DNA from: Candidatus Kerfeldbacteria bacterium
Lineage (GTDB): Bacteria > Patescibacteriota > Patescibacteriia > SBBC01 > CAIJZX01
Direction: 5' to 3'
Length of the DNA: 64,000 bases
Assembly: GCA_963731735.1 (NCBI GenBank)
Contig: CAVSWO010000002.1
Coordinates: 402,891-466,890 of the forward strand
Part shown: in pieces, positions 29,590 to 38,690 of the stretch
Layout of the letters: every line of letters starts with the position of its first letter
Position numbering within the stretch: position 1 is the first letter of the stretch
The notes under the pieces: generated by a model
Databases searched by the model: none
What the model saw: only the letters and a program-made list of their open reading frames with translations
Told to the model about the DNA's origin: nothing
Translations under genes and position numbers: made by a program

Positions 29590-30177
29590 ATGAAACGCGT
29601 CTTCATTGTCCATCGCTGGGAAGGGAGTCCAGATTCGGACTGGTACCCGTGGCTGAAGCAAGAATTGCTGCGTCGCCAACTCGATGTGCATATGCTGGAA
29701 ATGCCAACGCCGGAGGCACCGCAAATCGATAGTTGGGTTTCCTATCTGGCCGCTGCGATTGGCAAAGCGGATACGCAAACATTCTTGGTCGGGCACAGCA
29801 TCGGTTGCCAAACGATTTTACGATATTTGGAAAAAATTCCGGACGCCGTCAAGATCGGCGGCGCGGTGTTTGTAGCCGGTTGGATTGGGTTGAAGCCGGC
29901 CGCGATTGAGGACGAAGGTGCGAAACGAATTATCGATCCCTGGCTGCACCGGCCAATTCAATGGACGATGGTTAAAAAGCATTTGCCGCGGCTGATCGCG
30001 ATCGCTTCCGATAACGATCCGTTTGTTGAACTTGATGATCAGCATTTATTTCGCCAACACTTGGGCGCTGAAATTCGGATCGAGCATGAGCATGGTCATT
30101 TTACCGGCGACGATGGCATTACCGCCTTGCCCAGCGTTCGCCAGGCCGTACTTGAAATAGTCGATTCAACCACGTAA
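29590..30177 (+). CDS. RBBP9/YdeN family alpha/beta hydrolase
   Basis: WYPWL, GHSIG, SDNDPFV, GHF. Confidence 0.9.
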   Translation: MKRVFIVHRWEGSPDSDWYPWLKQELLRRQLDVHMLEMPTPEAPQIDSWVSYLAAAIGKADTQTFLVGHSIGCQTILRYLEKIPDAVKIGGAVFVAGWIGLKPAAIEDEGAKRIIDPWLHRPIQWTMVKKHLPRLIAIASDNDPFVELDDQHLFRQHLGAEIRIEHEHGHFTGDDGITALPSVRQAVLEIVDSTT

Positions 30178-30188
30178 GCAACACGACT

Positions 30189-30341
30189 ATGCAAGAACGA
30201 GAACCAGGCCTCCAACCCGAAGAAGAAAAAGAAATCTCGGAAGAAAACCGTGACCTCGATCAAGTGCCGGGCGTGCCGGACGAAGCTTTTGAGAACGAAC
30301 ATCAGCGCCAAGCCGAAGACGAGCGTCGCCAAGAGTCTTGA
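30189..30341 (+). CDS. Putative 50-aa acidic peptide
   Basis: MQEREPGLQPEEEKEISEENRDLDQVPGVPDEAFENEHQRQAEDERRQES. Confidence 0.45.
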   Translation: MQEREPGLQPEEEKEISEENRDLDQVPGVPDEAFENEHQRQAEDERRQES

Positions 30342-30473
30342 GCGGTAGAAAATCGGCGGGTTGCGGGGTTGACAGTCAAGTATTTTTTTTGCTACTTTTC
30401 CCCTGTCACGTCGTGGCGGGTCTCATCACGGCGGGTTAGGTTCAACACTAAGAGACCGGAAAGGGACGAGTCC

Positions 30474-30569
30474 ATGATTCAAGACGCGACCCCTACCCAA
30501 GAACCGCAAACTGGCGGCGACAATATGCCGCAGCCGGAAGAAGGCGGATCTGAACAGCAAGCTGCGTAA
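30474..30569 (+). CDS. Putative 31-aa acidic peptide in a short promoter/terminator-bounded transcript
   Basis: TTGACA/TACTTT promoter at ~30369-30398 and terminator GAGGCCG..CGGTCTC-T6 at ~30585-30612. Confidence 0.4.
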   Translation: MIQDATPTQEPQTGGDNMPQPEEGGSEQQAA

Positions 30570-30709
30570 GCAGTTCGCTACGGTGAGGCCGTCGCAAGGC
30601 GGTCTCTTTTTATTCCTAAAAATATCCACAGGCCGACTGGTTGTAGCTCTTGTCGCCCATTTTGGGAGGTGATATTCTGCCTATCCGCTTATTCACTAAT
30701 CGCGCAATC

Positions 30710-30835
30710 ATGCTCGAAGACGACATGATAGACGGTGACGATACCCAATCCGACGAGATGGGTGACGACGCCAGTCTCGAGGAAGCCCAAGAGGAAGAAA
30801 TGGCTGCCGACGACGACGGCGAAGAAACGGAATAA
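30710..30835 (+). CDS. Putative 41-aa extremely acidic peptide
   Basis: MLEDDMIDGDDTQSDEMGDDASLEEAQEEEMAADDDGEETE, followed by hairpin GCCCGGCCAAC..GTTGGCCGGGC. Confidence 0.5.
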   Translation: MLEDDMIDGDDTQSDEMGDDASLEEAQEEEMAADDDGEETE

Positions 30836-30883
30836 CGCAGTATTTTTCGCCCGGCCAACGGATGTTGGCCGGGCTTCGGTATA

Positions 30884-31186
30884 AAAAAACGACCCCGAGC
30901 TCGAGATCGTTCCTGCCTTTGTATGTTTGGATGCGAGTGAGCATCCGTCGGCCGATTCCACTGCGTCCATCGAGGTTCCCGGTGAGTCATCATGACTCAA
31001 GTGGTTCCTTTGGAACCCGCATTGGTTCTGCCCAGATGGCGTAGGGATGGGCGGTCCGAGCTCGGGGTGGGGAAATGATTCCGGCACAACCACTAGTGGC
31101 TAGCCGGGGTGATCCGTGGGAAGGGGCGCCATGCGTACCTCCTTTACTTCCTTGTAGGACCGTCCGGAATCTTCGCGAAACCGGAT
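30884..31186 (-). ncRNA. Candidate structured sRNA with a 10-codon uORF
   Basis: TTGACC-17-CATGCT promoter, long closing stem ACCCCGAGCTCG/CGAGCTCGGGGT then T7, internal hairpins. Confidence 0.4.
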
Positions 31187-31248
31187 TCAAGTAGCATGCA
31201 CCTCTTTCAAAACATGGTCAAGTGGAAAAAAGCAACCCCGAAGGGTTG

Positions 31249-31500
31249 CTAGTGTGTGCCGGTGATAACGGCGTCGAAGTCACGACCGGAAAACGGATGC
31301 TCGGGTCGAGGAAAGAAGTAGAGCAATGATCCGGGACCCGACAGCGGTTGACCGGGCAATGCTCGATCGAGATCTCGCAGCCGCAGCCGAAAGTGGCGAT
31401 GACGAAGTGATCGTTCGGGACCGATCGGGCGCCCACAGTTCGAACACGGACTGACGCCGAAGGGGATGTTCTGTCCACAATGATGACAATGCAGTTGCAT
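31249..31500 (-). CDS. Small zinc-ribbon protein
   Basis: CHHC..CSNC, GGAGG SD, terminator AGCAACCCTTCGGGGTTGCT-T run. Confidence 0.65.
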   Translation of the reverse strand: MQLHCHHCGQNIPFGVSPCSNCGRPIGPERSLRHRHFRLRLRDLDRALPGQPLSGPGSLLYFFPRPEHPFSGRDFDAVITGTH

Positions 31501-31603
31501 CGTTCCTCCGGGGAGCGGGTAAGGAGCGGGTCTGTCGGCAGGCTACGGAATTGTTGACAGACTGTCAATATATTGGCCGAGCCGGACGTGCTACACTAGG
31601 TCT

Positions 31604-32572
31604 ATGGTTATCGAGTTACGCGGTCCCGATACGTTTCGTTCGCAGCAGCGGCTGAACCAGCTGCAACGAGCATTTCGTGAAAAACACGATCCACGCGGTT
31701 TGAGTATGCGGTGGCTGGATGGACAGACAGCCAGTTTTGAAGACATTCGCGACGCGGTCACGGCCAGCGGCTTTTTCTCGACAAAAAAATTTATTGCGCT
31801 GAATTATTACCAACCGAAAAAATCCCCGGTTCGGGGTGAACAATTGATCGAAATACTCCAGCCGATCATAGCTTCCAAAGATTCGATTGTCGTAATTCGG
31901 GAAACAAGCAGCCAGGAGACTGACGCAGCCCGAAGGCGCACGAAAAAAATCGCTTTCAAACCCCTGGTACCAAAATCTAAACTTGAACTATTTGCGCCGC
32001 TGACTGATGCGGAACTTCGAAGTTGGATAACCTCCGAAATTAAACGACTCGGCGGGAACATGAAACCGGAGGCAGTGGAACGATGCCTGGTATTGTGCGG
32101 TCAAGACCTCTGGCGCTTGCATTCGGAATTGGAAAAGCTGGCCGCCTACGCAGGCGATCGGTCGATTGATGTGGCGATGGTGGAAGATCTGGTCCATTCA
32201 AGCGTCTCTTCAGATGTCTTCGCGCTGACCGATGCATTAGGCAATCGGCAGACGGCGGAAGCGCTGCGCTTGCTCGATCAGGAATTAACTTCGGGCAACC
32301 ACCCCTTGGCCCTAATCAGTCTACTGGCGAATCATGTTCGGCGTTTATGGTTGATAAGCCGGGCGGCTCAAGCCGGCCAGAAACCCCAGCAGATTGCCGA
32401 ACAATTCCATCTCCATCCGTATGTGGTCCAAAAAGGCTTGGCCCAAGCCCGCCAAGCGCCAATCGGGTTACTGCAACGCTGGCACCACCAACTTATGCAG
32501 ACTGACTTGGCACTCAAAAGCACGCCGTTGGACGCGGCCACGCTGCTGACTCTGCTGATTGTTCGGGATTAA
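31604..32572 (+). CDS. holA: DNA polymerase III delta subunit
   Basis: GQDLWRLHSELEKL, VFALTDAL, LHPYVVQK, DLALKS. Adjacent to rpsT. Confidence 0.92.
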   Translation: MVIELRGPDTFRSQQRLNQLQRAFREKHDPRGLSMRWLDGQTASFEDIRDAVTASGFFSTKKFIALNYYQPKKSPVRGEQLIEILQPIIASKDSIVVIRETSSQETDAARRRTKKIAFKPLVPKSKLELFAPLTDAELRSWITSEIKRLGGNMKPEAVERCLVLCGQDLWRLHSELEKLAAYAGDRSIDVAMVEDLVHSSVSSDVFALTDALGNRQTAEALRLLDQELTSGNHPLALISLLANHVRRLWLISRAAQAGQKPQQIAEQFHLHPYVVQKGLAQARQAPIGLLQRWHHQLMQTDLALKSTPLDAATLLTLLIVRD

Positions 32573-32832
32573 GCTGAGCGCTTAACGGCGGCGGCAATTC
32601 GGGATTTCTTGCGGGCGGCCGTATTGGCGTGAATGACCCGATGCTGGGAGGCTTTATCGAGGGCCTTCGTGAACTGCACCTGAATTGCTTTGGCTTTGGC
32701 CAGATCTTTAGTGACTAACGCTTTGCGCAACAGAACATTGAGCTTCTTGAGCTGATGCTGGACGCGCAAATTCCGGGCACGACGAGTTTGGGCTTGACGG
32801 AGCGCCTTATAGGAGGCGCGTTTAACTGGCAT
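32569..32832 (-). CDS. rpsT: 30S ribosomal protein S20
   Basis: MPVKRASYKALRQ...LDKA...IHANTAARKKSRI. Confidence 0.95.
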   Translation of the reverse strand: MPVKRASYKALRQAQTRRARNLRVQHQLKKLNVLLRKALVTKDLAKAKAIQVQFTKALDKASQHRVIHANTAARKKSRIAAAVKRSA

Positions 32833-32962
32833 GAAACTTGTGAGAATAAGTCAATAAGGACAGGCGGAGTCTAGCAGCCGACGGTAATTTTTGCAAGTCC
32901 CGATCGGATTAAGACTCCGGTTTGGGCTTGACGGGGCAAGCTGAAAGAGTAGGCTAAAAAAT

Positions 32963-33180
32963 AGCTATTTGTATGGTGCTGGTTGGAGCTCGGCCCGAGC
33001 GTTCGCACCGACGCCCGGAAAGCATGGGTTGCCCCCTCCGATTCGGTGGTTTACCCGAAATACTGGGGCTCGAATCAGCGGATCAAGCTTGTTTCCAGCT
33101 ATCTTCCAAGACGCTCCATCGGCTGGACGCAATACCAGCACCATGTTCTCAGCCTTCCGTTCCCCCGGAAGGCTTTTTCT
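32963..33180 (+). ncRNA. ssrS: Probable 6S RNA
   Basis: ~170-nt rod: ATGGTGCTGGT/ACCAGCACCAT closing stem, ~13x13-nt central bubble, apical stem. TTGACG/TAGGCT promoter upstream and terminator at 33151-33180. Confidence 0.7.
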
Positions 33181-33363
33181 TTTCTTGACGCCCGTTTCGG
33201 ACAGGGGTAGGGTGACCTTAACTCTGACTCAAGCACAAATAAAGCCGAAAATCGGCCCGTTTGGCTTAGTCAGTCCGTTCATTGACAATCCATCTTCTTG
33301 ATGGCTGATTGTCATACCCTTGCCGGAAATTTCTCAGGTGTACATCCCCCAATGGAGGTTCCC

Positions 33364-34104
33364 ATGTACAAGACTGGTTTGGCACTCCTGCTGGGCGTGC
33401 TCTGCACGTTCAATACGCCGGCTTTGGCTGGCCAGGCAGGATTCGCCCAGGTGACGATCCGGCCACGGCAGCTGAACTGGCTGGGCACGGACATTCCGGC
33501 TGGCCAGCTGACTTTCTCGCTGTCATCGGATAGCGCGAATGTCCTGATGACCGATCGGACGGGCGCCACGTATCCGATGATTGTACACGATCCGAAACTT
33601 GAAGCCAGGCGCGCAAAGATTCGAGCGGCCGCGGCTAAGTTGCGTCCGGATACATTGCTCCAGGGCGTGACCGATTTTTCGGCCGCCCAACTGCGCTCGG
33701 GCAGATCCAAGTCGCAAGTTGCCGAAGACGTCGCGCGCTATCTTCGTCATAGTGCCGGGGTGTCTCAGGTAACAATCGATGGGAATACCGTCAGATACTG
33801 GCGCAATGGGAGTGAGCGCTTGATGCTCATCACAGATCCACTCGCTCTGCCAAGTCGTTCGGCACAGCTGATGAACTACGCGCAGAGCACCATCCAGTTG
33901 CTGCAGGCCGGTCACGTTGTATTCATCGAATTCGAAGCTCGAACCTGGATCGTGCCTCCAATCCATGTCAGGCGCATCTGGGAAGAAGTTGACGCGCTTC
34001 GCGCCGGTGAAGAACTACCACTGGGTCTCGTCAGACCGGCAGTTGCCGATCTCGTCAAGCACCCGTTCAACCCCCAGACTCTGCGGCCGCAGATGGGAGA
34101 CTAA
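33364..34104 (+). CDS. Secreted hypothetical protein
   Basis: GGAGG SD, signal peptide MYKTGLALLLGVLCTFNTPALA. Confidence 0.7.
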   Translation: MYKTGLALLLGVLCTFNTPALAGQAGFAQVTIRPRQLNWLGTDIPAGQLTFSLSSDSANVLMTDRTGATYPMIVHDPKLEARRAKIRAAAAKLRPDTLLQGVTDFSAAQLRSGRSKSQVAEDVARYLRHSAGVSQVTIDGNTVRYWRNGSERLMLITDPLALPSRSAQLMNYAQSTIQLLQAGHVVFIEFEARTWIVPPIHVRRIWEEVDALRAGEELPLGLVRPAVADLVKHPFNPQTLRPQMGD

Positions 34105-34106
34105 CC

Positions 34107-37004
34107 ATGCGCTGGCATGCATCGCTTTTGATGGCGTTGCTGATCAGTAGCCTGGTTCCGTCATCCACGCACGCCAATGAGTCTCCGTGGTCATCCGAAG
34201 CACTGATCGTCCAAGCGGCGGACTTTGAGGGCTGGAACGACGGTCTCTACGTCAAGTTCTTGGCCCCGAGCCTCGCGTACGGTCTGTCGGTGGTGACCGA
34301 ACCGGTTGTCAGCAACAGTCCGACGGTAACGGTCCAGCTGATGGCCAACCTGATTGCGCATGGATATGGCTGGGAATATTTCAGTTCGCATGGGAACGAC
34401 TGCCTGGCAGTCGAGTTCTATGCAAGCTCGAGCATACGTGATGCAACCATAACCAGCCTGTTGCAGTCAGGCGGCTACACTGCTGATGATCTAATCCGAG
34501 TTGATACTCTCTCGGGTGTGTATGGCATCGGACTCAAACCCCACTTCTTCACGCGTGGGTACTGGTTCGGCACGTTCGTTCACGTTTCGGCTTGCAAAGG
34601 GGCGATCCTGTCCCAAGGCATGCCGGGCGCGCTCGGATTCGTGGGCTACAATTACAGCGTGGCCTACTATCAGTCACGGCAAGCTGATTCGTTGTTCTAC
34701 CATCGACTCGGCGGCTTCACGACGCCCCAGGCACGAACGCTCGGTCAGGCGGTCAGCGGACTCCAGCTTAGCTGGGCCGGTGATCCAAATGCTGAGTTGG
34801 CACCAATGGTGTCGGCGACTGATCTGATCTACAACGAACGGATCAGTGGCGATGTCACGCGGTACGTGAAATTCAGCGGACCGATGAACACCGCTCCAGC
34901 CGAAAATGTAGTACGGGCGTCCGGAGCAATGCAGATCGTGAATGCCTTTTGGCAGGGAAATGACCAACTGGCATTTACAGTTCGGCCTCGCTATAAAGGG
35001 CCCGGCCAAGTCTGGATTGCGGCTGATACGACTTCGGGCATCTTCGGATCAGCCAAAAGCTATCCGGGACTGATTCCGTTAGTCGGGAACGTCAACGGTC
35101 CGTCGAGCATCGGCGGTCCGGGGACGAATGGCTACGCTCCGTTCGGGGACTATGCAGTTGCGATGTTCTCAGATGCGGGCGGAGATAACCCGGCGGCTGC
35201 AGTTACTGCCTTTACGGCAGTGGCTGCACCAAGCGGCATCCAGGCAAACTGGTCGGTCGAATCGGAAGCCGAAACGGAGCGGTATCGGATTGAACGCGCG
35301 AGCGATTGGTCCGGACCGTTTGTCACCGTTGGTGAAGTGCCGGCTACCCAGGCGCATCACTATCAACTCGACGATCCAAATGGTCAGGTGGAGGACATCT
35401 ACCGTTTGGTCGAAGTCGAAACCAGCGGTCGGGAACTGCGGCAAGCTGAGGAACAAGCTGTGGCCTCACTCAACATTGCTCCTGACCAGACTGTTACCGC
35501 GTCAGAAGCAGACAGCCTGGCCTCAGCGCTGCTACAGCGGTATCCGACCCAGACCACCATGGCTCCCCAGGATGTCCAACCGATCTACGGATGGGTGGCA
35601 GTTATTCCGGATGAGTCCTGGCGTTGGGCGATTCAGCCGCTGGTCAATTACCACCAGTCGCAAGGCATGGTGGCGCAGGCGATGACGCTGGATGAGTTAG
35701 GCAGTTGGGCAAACGAAACGGCGTTTTCCAGCTGGGCGGTCCATTACGGACTATGCTATTTGGTGAATTGTGCGGATGCCAACAATTGGATCACGCACGA
35801 CGACCCGAATTCGTATGTCAACGGATGGTCCTATCCCGGCTACGGATCGCAAGCGCAATATGACCTTCTGCCAACCCATTACCTGCTGGATCCGGTGGAT
35901 GAGCAGCCACACTCACAAACCTGGTTCACTCGGCACTTTGCGTGTGACTGGTTAAACGGGGCTGATGTTGACGGGGATTCCTTACCGGACATCGCCTATG
36001 GACGTCTGCCAGCTCGAACGCCTGAAGAATTAGCGGTTATGGTCGCCAAGACAATCACCGGTGATCAGCAAACGACCGAGCACCCGATTAGCGTCTGGGG
36101 AGAATTCCGGAGCTTGTCAGGGCTTGATGGACCATTCGCACAGCTGCTCACCGACAGCACCATCACCACCCGTCTTCAGGGGAAAGATGTCCGAAAGTTG
36201 TATAACACCGACGCCAACCCTTTGGCCTACTGGTATCGGGAACAGCAAGCGATTGCCGAATTGGTGGACGGTCGGACGATCATCCAAACCAGCGGCACGC
36301 AGTCGAATCGCTCAAAGTGGGCGATTTGGCTGGACCAGACGCAAGGATTTTCCTGGTCGCAAGTACCGGACCATACGGTTTTACCGTTACTGGTCGCGAC
36401 TAGCTGCGACATTCTCGATTTTGACCGCTCCGAAGATCCAACCTTTGGACGACCGCTGATCGAGCGTGCGCTGCTAGAACTTCAGAAGGGTCCGTTTGCA
36501 GCTGTGGGCTTCACCCGTGGCACCTGGCAACACGCCGACTATATGGCGGCCGATGAATTCTATCGACTGCTCTACGGAGTGGGCGCACGGTCAATCGGGG
36601 AAGCCTGGATAACAGCGCTGCATAACGTCGTTATTCAGCAGCCGGGTTACAAGTCACTGATGCTGGAAGCGATCATGCTGGGCGATCCAGCCGTCACAAT
36701 TCCGGGTATGCGGGTCTTGCAAACCACGGATGTGGAGGACATTTTGCCAGGGAGGCTGGCTATGACGGTTTCTCCTAATCCGGGTTTTGGGGCTCGGCAA
36801 ATTTCCTTCGGAGTGACGGAGGCGGACCATGTCCAACTGGCCATTTTTGATCTGCAGGGTCGAAAAGTTATCACCCTGATTGATCGCTGGATGCAGGCTG
36901 GGCACCACACGGTTCGTTGGGTGCCGCAACAACCGGGTCTGTATTTCGTTCGGGTCCAAGTCGGATCGGATGCAATCGTCAAGAAGGTGGTCGTGCTTCA
37001 GTAG
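34107..37004 (+). CDS. Secreted gingipain-like (peptidase C25) protein with T9SS-type/FlgD-like C-terminal domain
   Basis: DGDSLPDIAYGRLPART, ATSCD, KGPFAAVG, MLGDPAV; C-terminus SPNP..LAIFDLQGRKVITL..PGLYFVRV..KKVVVLQ. Confidence 0.8.
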   Translation: MRWHASLLMALLISSLVPSSTHANESPWSSEALIVQAADFEGWNDGLYVKFLAPSLAYGLSVVTEPVVSNSPTVTVQLMANLIAHGYGWEYFSSHGNDCLAVEFYASSSIRDATITSLLQSGGYTADDLIRVDTLSGVYGIGLKPHFFTRGYWFGTFVHVSACKGAILSQGMPGALGFVGYNYSVAYYQSRQADSLFYHRLGGFTTPQARTLGQAVSGLQLSWAGDPNAELAPMVSATDLIYNERISGDVTRYVKFSGPMNTAPAENVVRASGAMQIVNAFWQGNDQLAFTVRPRYKGPGQVWIAADTTSGIFGSAKSYPGLIPLVGNVNGPSSIGGPGTNGYAPFGDYAVAMFSDAGGDNPAAAVTAFTAVAAPSGIQANWSVESEAETERYRIERASDWSGPFVTVGEVPATQAHHYQLDDPNGQVEDIYRLVEVETSGRELRQAEEQAVASLNIAPDQTVTASEADSLASALLQRYPTQTTMAPQDVQPIYGWVAVIPDESWRWAIQPLVNYHQSQGMVAQAMTLDELGSWANETAFSSWAVHYGLCYLVNCADANNWITHDDPNSYVNGWSYPGYGSQAQYDLLPTHYLLDPVDEQPHSQTWFTRHFACDWLNGADVDGDSLPDIAYGRLPARTPEELAVMVAKTITGDQQTTEHPISVWGEFRSLSGLDGPFAQLLTDSTITTRLQGKDVRKLYNTDANPLAYWYREQQAIAELVDGRTIIQTSGTQSNRSKWAIWLDQTQGFSWSQVPDHTVLPLLVATSCDILDFDRSEDPTFGRPLIERALLELQKGPFAAVGFTRGTWQHADYMAADEFYRLLYGVGARSIGEAWITALHNVVIQQPGYKSLMLEAIMLGDPAVTIPGMRVLQTTDVEDILPGRLAMTVSPNPGFGARQISFGVTEADHVQLAIFDLQGRKVITLIDRWMQAGHHTVRWVPQQPGLYFVRVQVGSDAIVKKVVVLQ

Positions 37005-37103
37005 GACACTGGAGCGTTCAAATTTATGTTGGTCGAATCATGACGATTCGACCAACATCTTCTTGAGCGAAAAAATTATTAGCATTATGAAAGGAGCATG
37101 CGT

Positions 37104-37286
37104 ATGAAAAAAATCTTGGCAATCGCGGGGCTGATCGGCATGATCGGCACGCTCGGATTAGCTATTTTGACACCCAACCCGGTGCGGGCACAAAATATGA
37201 CCTGGGGTCAGGTGAAATGCTTGTATAGCCCACGTTGTGCGGTCAAACCGCCGACGCTTCCAGACGACAATAAGGACGTTGGATAA
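37104..37286 (+). CDS. Small secreted peptide with TWGQVKCLY motif
   Basis: AAGGAG SD, signal peptide ending VRA, ~33-aa mature part. Confidence 0.65.
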   Translation: MKKILAIAGLIGMIGTLGLAILTPNPVRAQNMTWGQVKCLYSPRCAVKPPTLPDDNKDVG

Positions 37287-37332
37287 GCAATAAAAAAGAA
37301 GCCGTTCCTCACCAGGAACGGCTTTGTAGTTA

Positions 37333-38610
37333 TTAGAATCGAATGGCGTCCAGGAGCTGCGATCGTTGCAGGCCCCTAACCGGTCCGATCAGAATCATGT
37401 TCAATTTGTGCATTCGGATCATCCGACGCGCCAGTGTTTGGATGGTTGTCGGCGTAACCAACTGATTCAACTCTCGCACATACTGCTCGGCGGTCACCAG
37501 CTGGCCGCTGACCATCAGCATTTCGGCGAACAGCGAGGCTTCCCGAGCCGGGTCGAACGACCGATCCCGGGCGTGCCGTTTCAACGAACGCATCGTCAAT
37601 CGGAGCTCTTCGTCGTCCAGTGGTTGTTCACGCAACCGCCGTAACTCATCGCGGAGAACCCGTAAACACCGGATGAGGTTTTTTGGGCCAACCGAGGCGG
37701 TGATGACGAATTGTCCGGTTTCATGGTAATTCCAGACACTGCTGGAGGAACGGTGAACTAATCCGGTATCACCCATCAGCGAAATGACCAGTCGGGAACT
37801 CCACCGATTTGTGCCCCCAAAGTGATTGTTGAGGGCCGAAAGCACAATTCGGTTCGGATGGCCGAGTCCGAAGGTGGTCGGGAAGGCGATCGCGACGCGA
37901 ACGGTGCGTTGTGACTTGGGAACCAGCAGCAATCGGGGTCGGCGCTGGCGGCTCCGGAAGGGGCGCAATCGCAAACTGCCACCCGGTATACCAACAAAGG
38001 TTTTTCGGATATGTGTCTCGACCCGGGCTGGATCGAAATTTCCGGTCACCACCATCACTACCGGACCCCGTACCAAGCCGCGATGCCACCGCCGCAGATC
38101 ATTGATGGTGATGGACCGAATGATGCGGGCCAGGCCGGCTGGCTGGTGTCCCAATTGGTGGCCCGAGAACAGCAGCTTTTCTACCAGCTCTTCGGCTTGG
38201 ATATCGGGGTCGTCCTCGCGGTTACGCAATTCTTCCAAAATTCGCTCGCGTTCACGACGATAGATTGATACACGAATATCCTGAACGCGTAACATTTCGG
38301 CCAGAAAGTCGAGACACTCGTTAACGTGGCGACGCAGACATTCAGCACTGAACGTGATGGCGCCCTTGCCGGTGTTTTGGTCAAATGCGCTGGTGATACT
38401 GTCGACACGCTTGGCAAACAACTCGAAGGTTGGGTAAGAAGGCGTCTCGCCGGCGATGTGGTGTTCAACCGCGTGCGAAATCCCATTCTTACTCGGGGTT
38501 TCGAAACGTGTTCCGGCCAAAGCGATAGCGATACCGACTTCGCTCCGGCTGGCGTTGGGGAGAAGCACGCAGCGTAAACCGCGTCCCAGGGTGAAATTTC
38601 GAACCGACAC
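37333..38610 (-). CDS. M16 (pitrilysin/insulinase) family peptidase, Arg-rich
   Basis: GISHAVEHH (HxxEH), RERERILEE, SSRL. GGAGGTGA SD before GTG. Confidence 0.85.
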   Translation of the reverse strand: MSVRNFTLGRGLRCVLLPNASRSEVGIAIALAGTRFETPSKNGISHAVEHHIAGETPSYPTFELFAKRVDSITSAFDQNTGKGAITFSAECLRRHVNECLDFLAEMLRVQDIRVSIYRRERERILEELRNREDDPDIQAEELVEKLLFSGHQLGHQPAGLARIIRSITINDLRRWHRGLVRGPVVMVVTGNFDPARVETHIRKTFVGIPGGSLRLRPFRSRQRRPRLLLVPKSQRTVRVAIAFPTTFGLGHPNRIVLSALNNHFGGTNRWSSRLVISLMGDTGLVHRSSSSVWNYHETGQFVITASVGPKNLIRCLRVLRDELRRLREQPLDDEELRLTMRSLKRHARDRSFDPAREASLFAEMLMVSGQLVTAEQYVRELNQLVTPTTIQTLARRMIRMHKLNMILIGPVRGLQRSQLLDAIRF

Positions 38611-38690
38611 ACATCACCTCCCTGTGAAAGAAGTTGTCGAAGAACCAAAAAGAGCCCGGCTATCCTATACCCGTCGGTTCGGGATTGCAA

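Noticed and set aside
38640-38690. RNase P-like 3' motif (AGAGCCCGGCTAT)
   Set aside because: No matching GAGGAAAGTCC 5' element and no room for the RNA.
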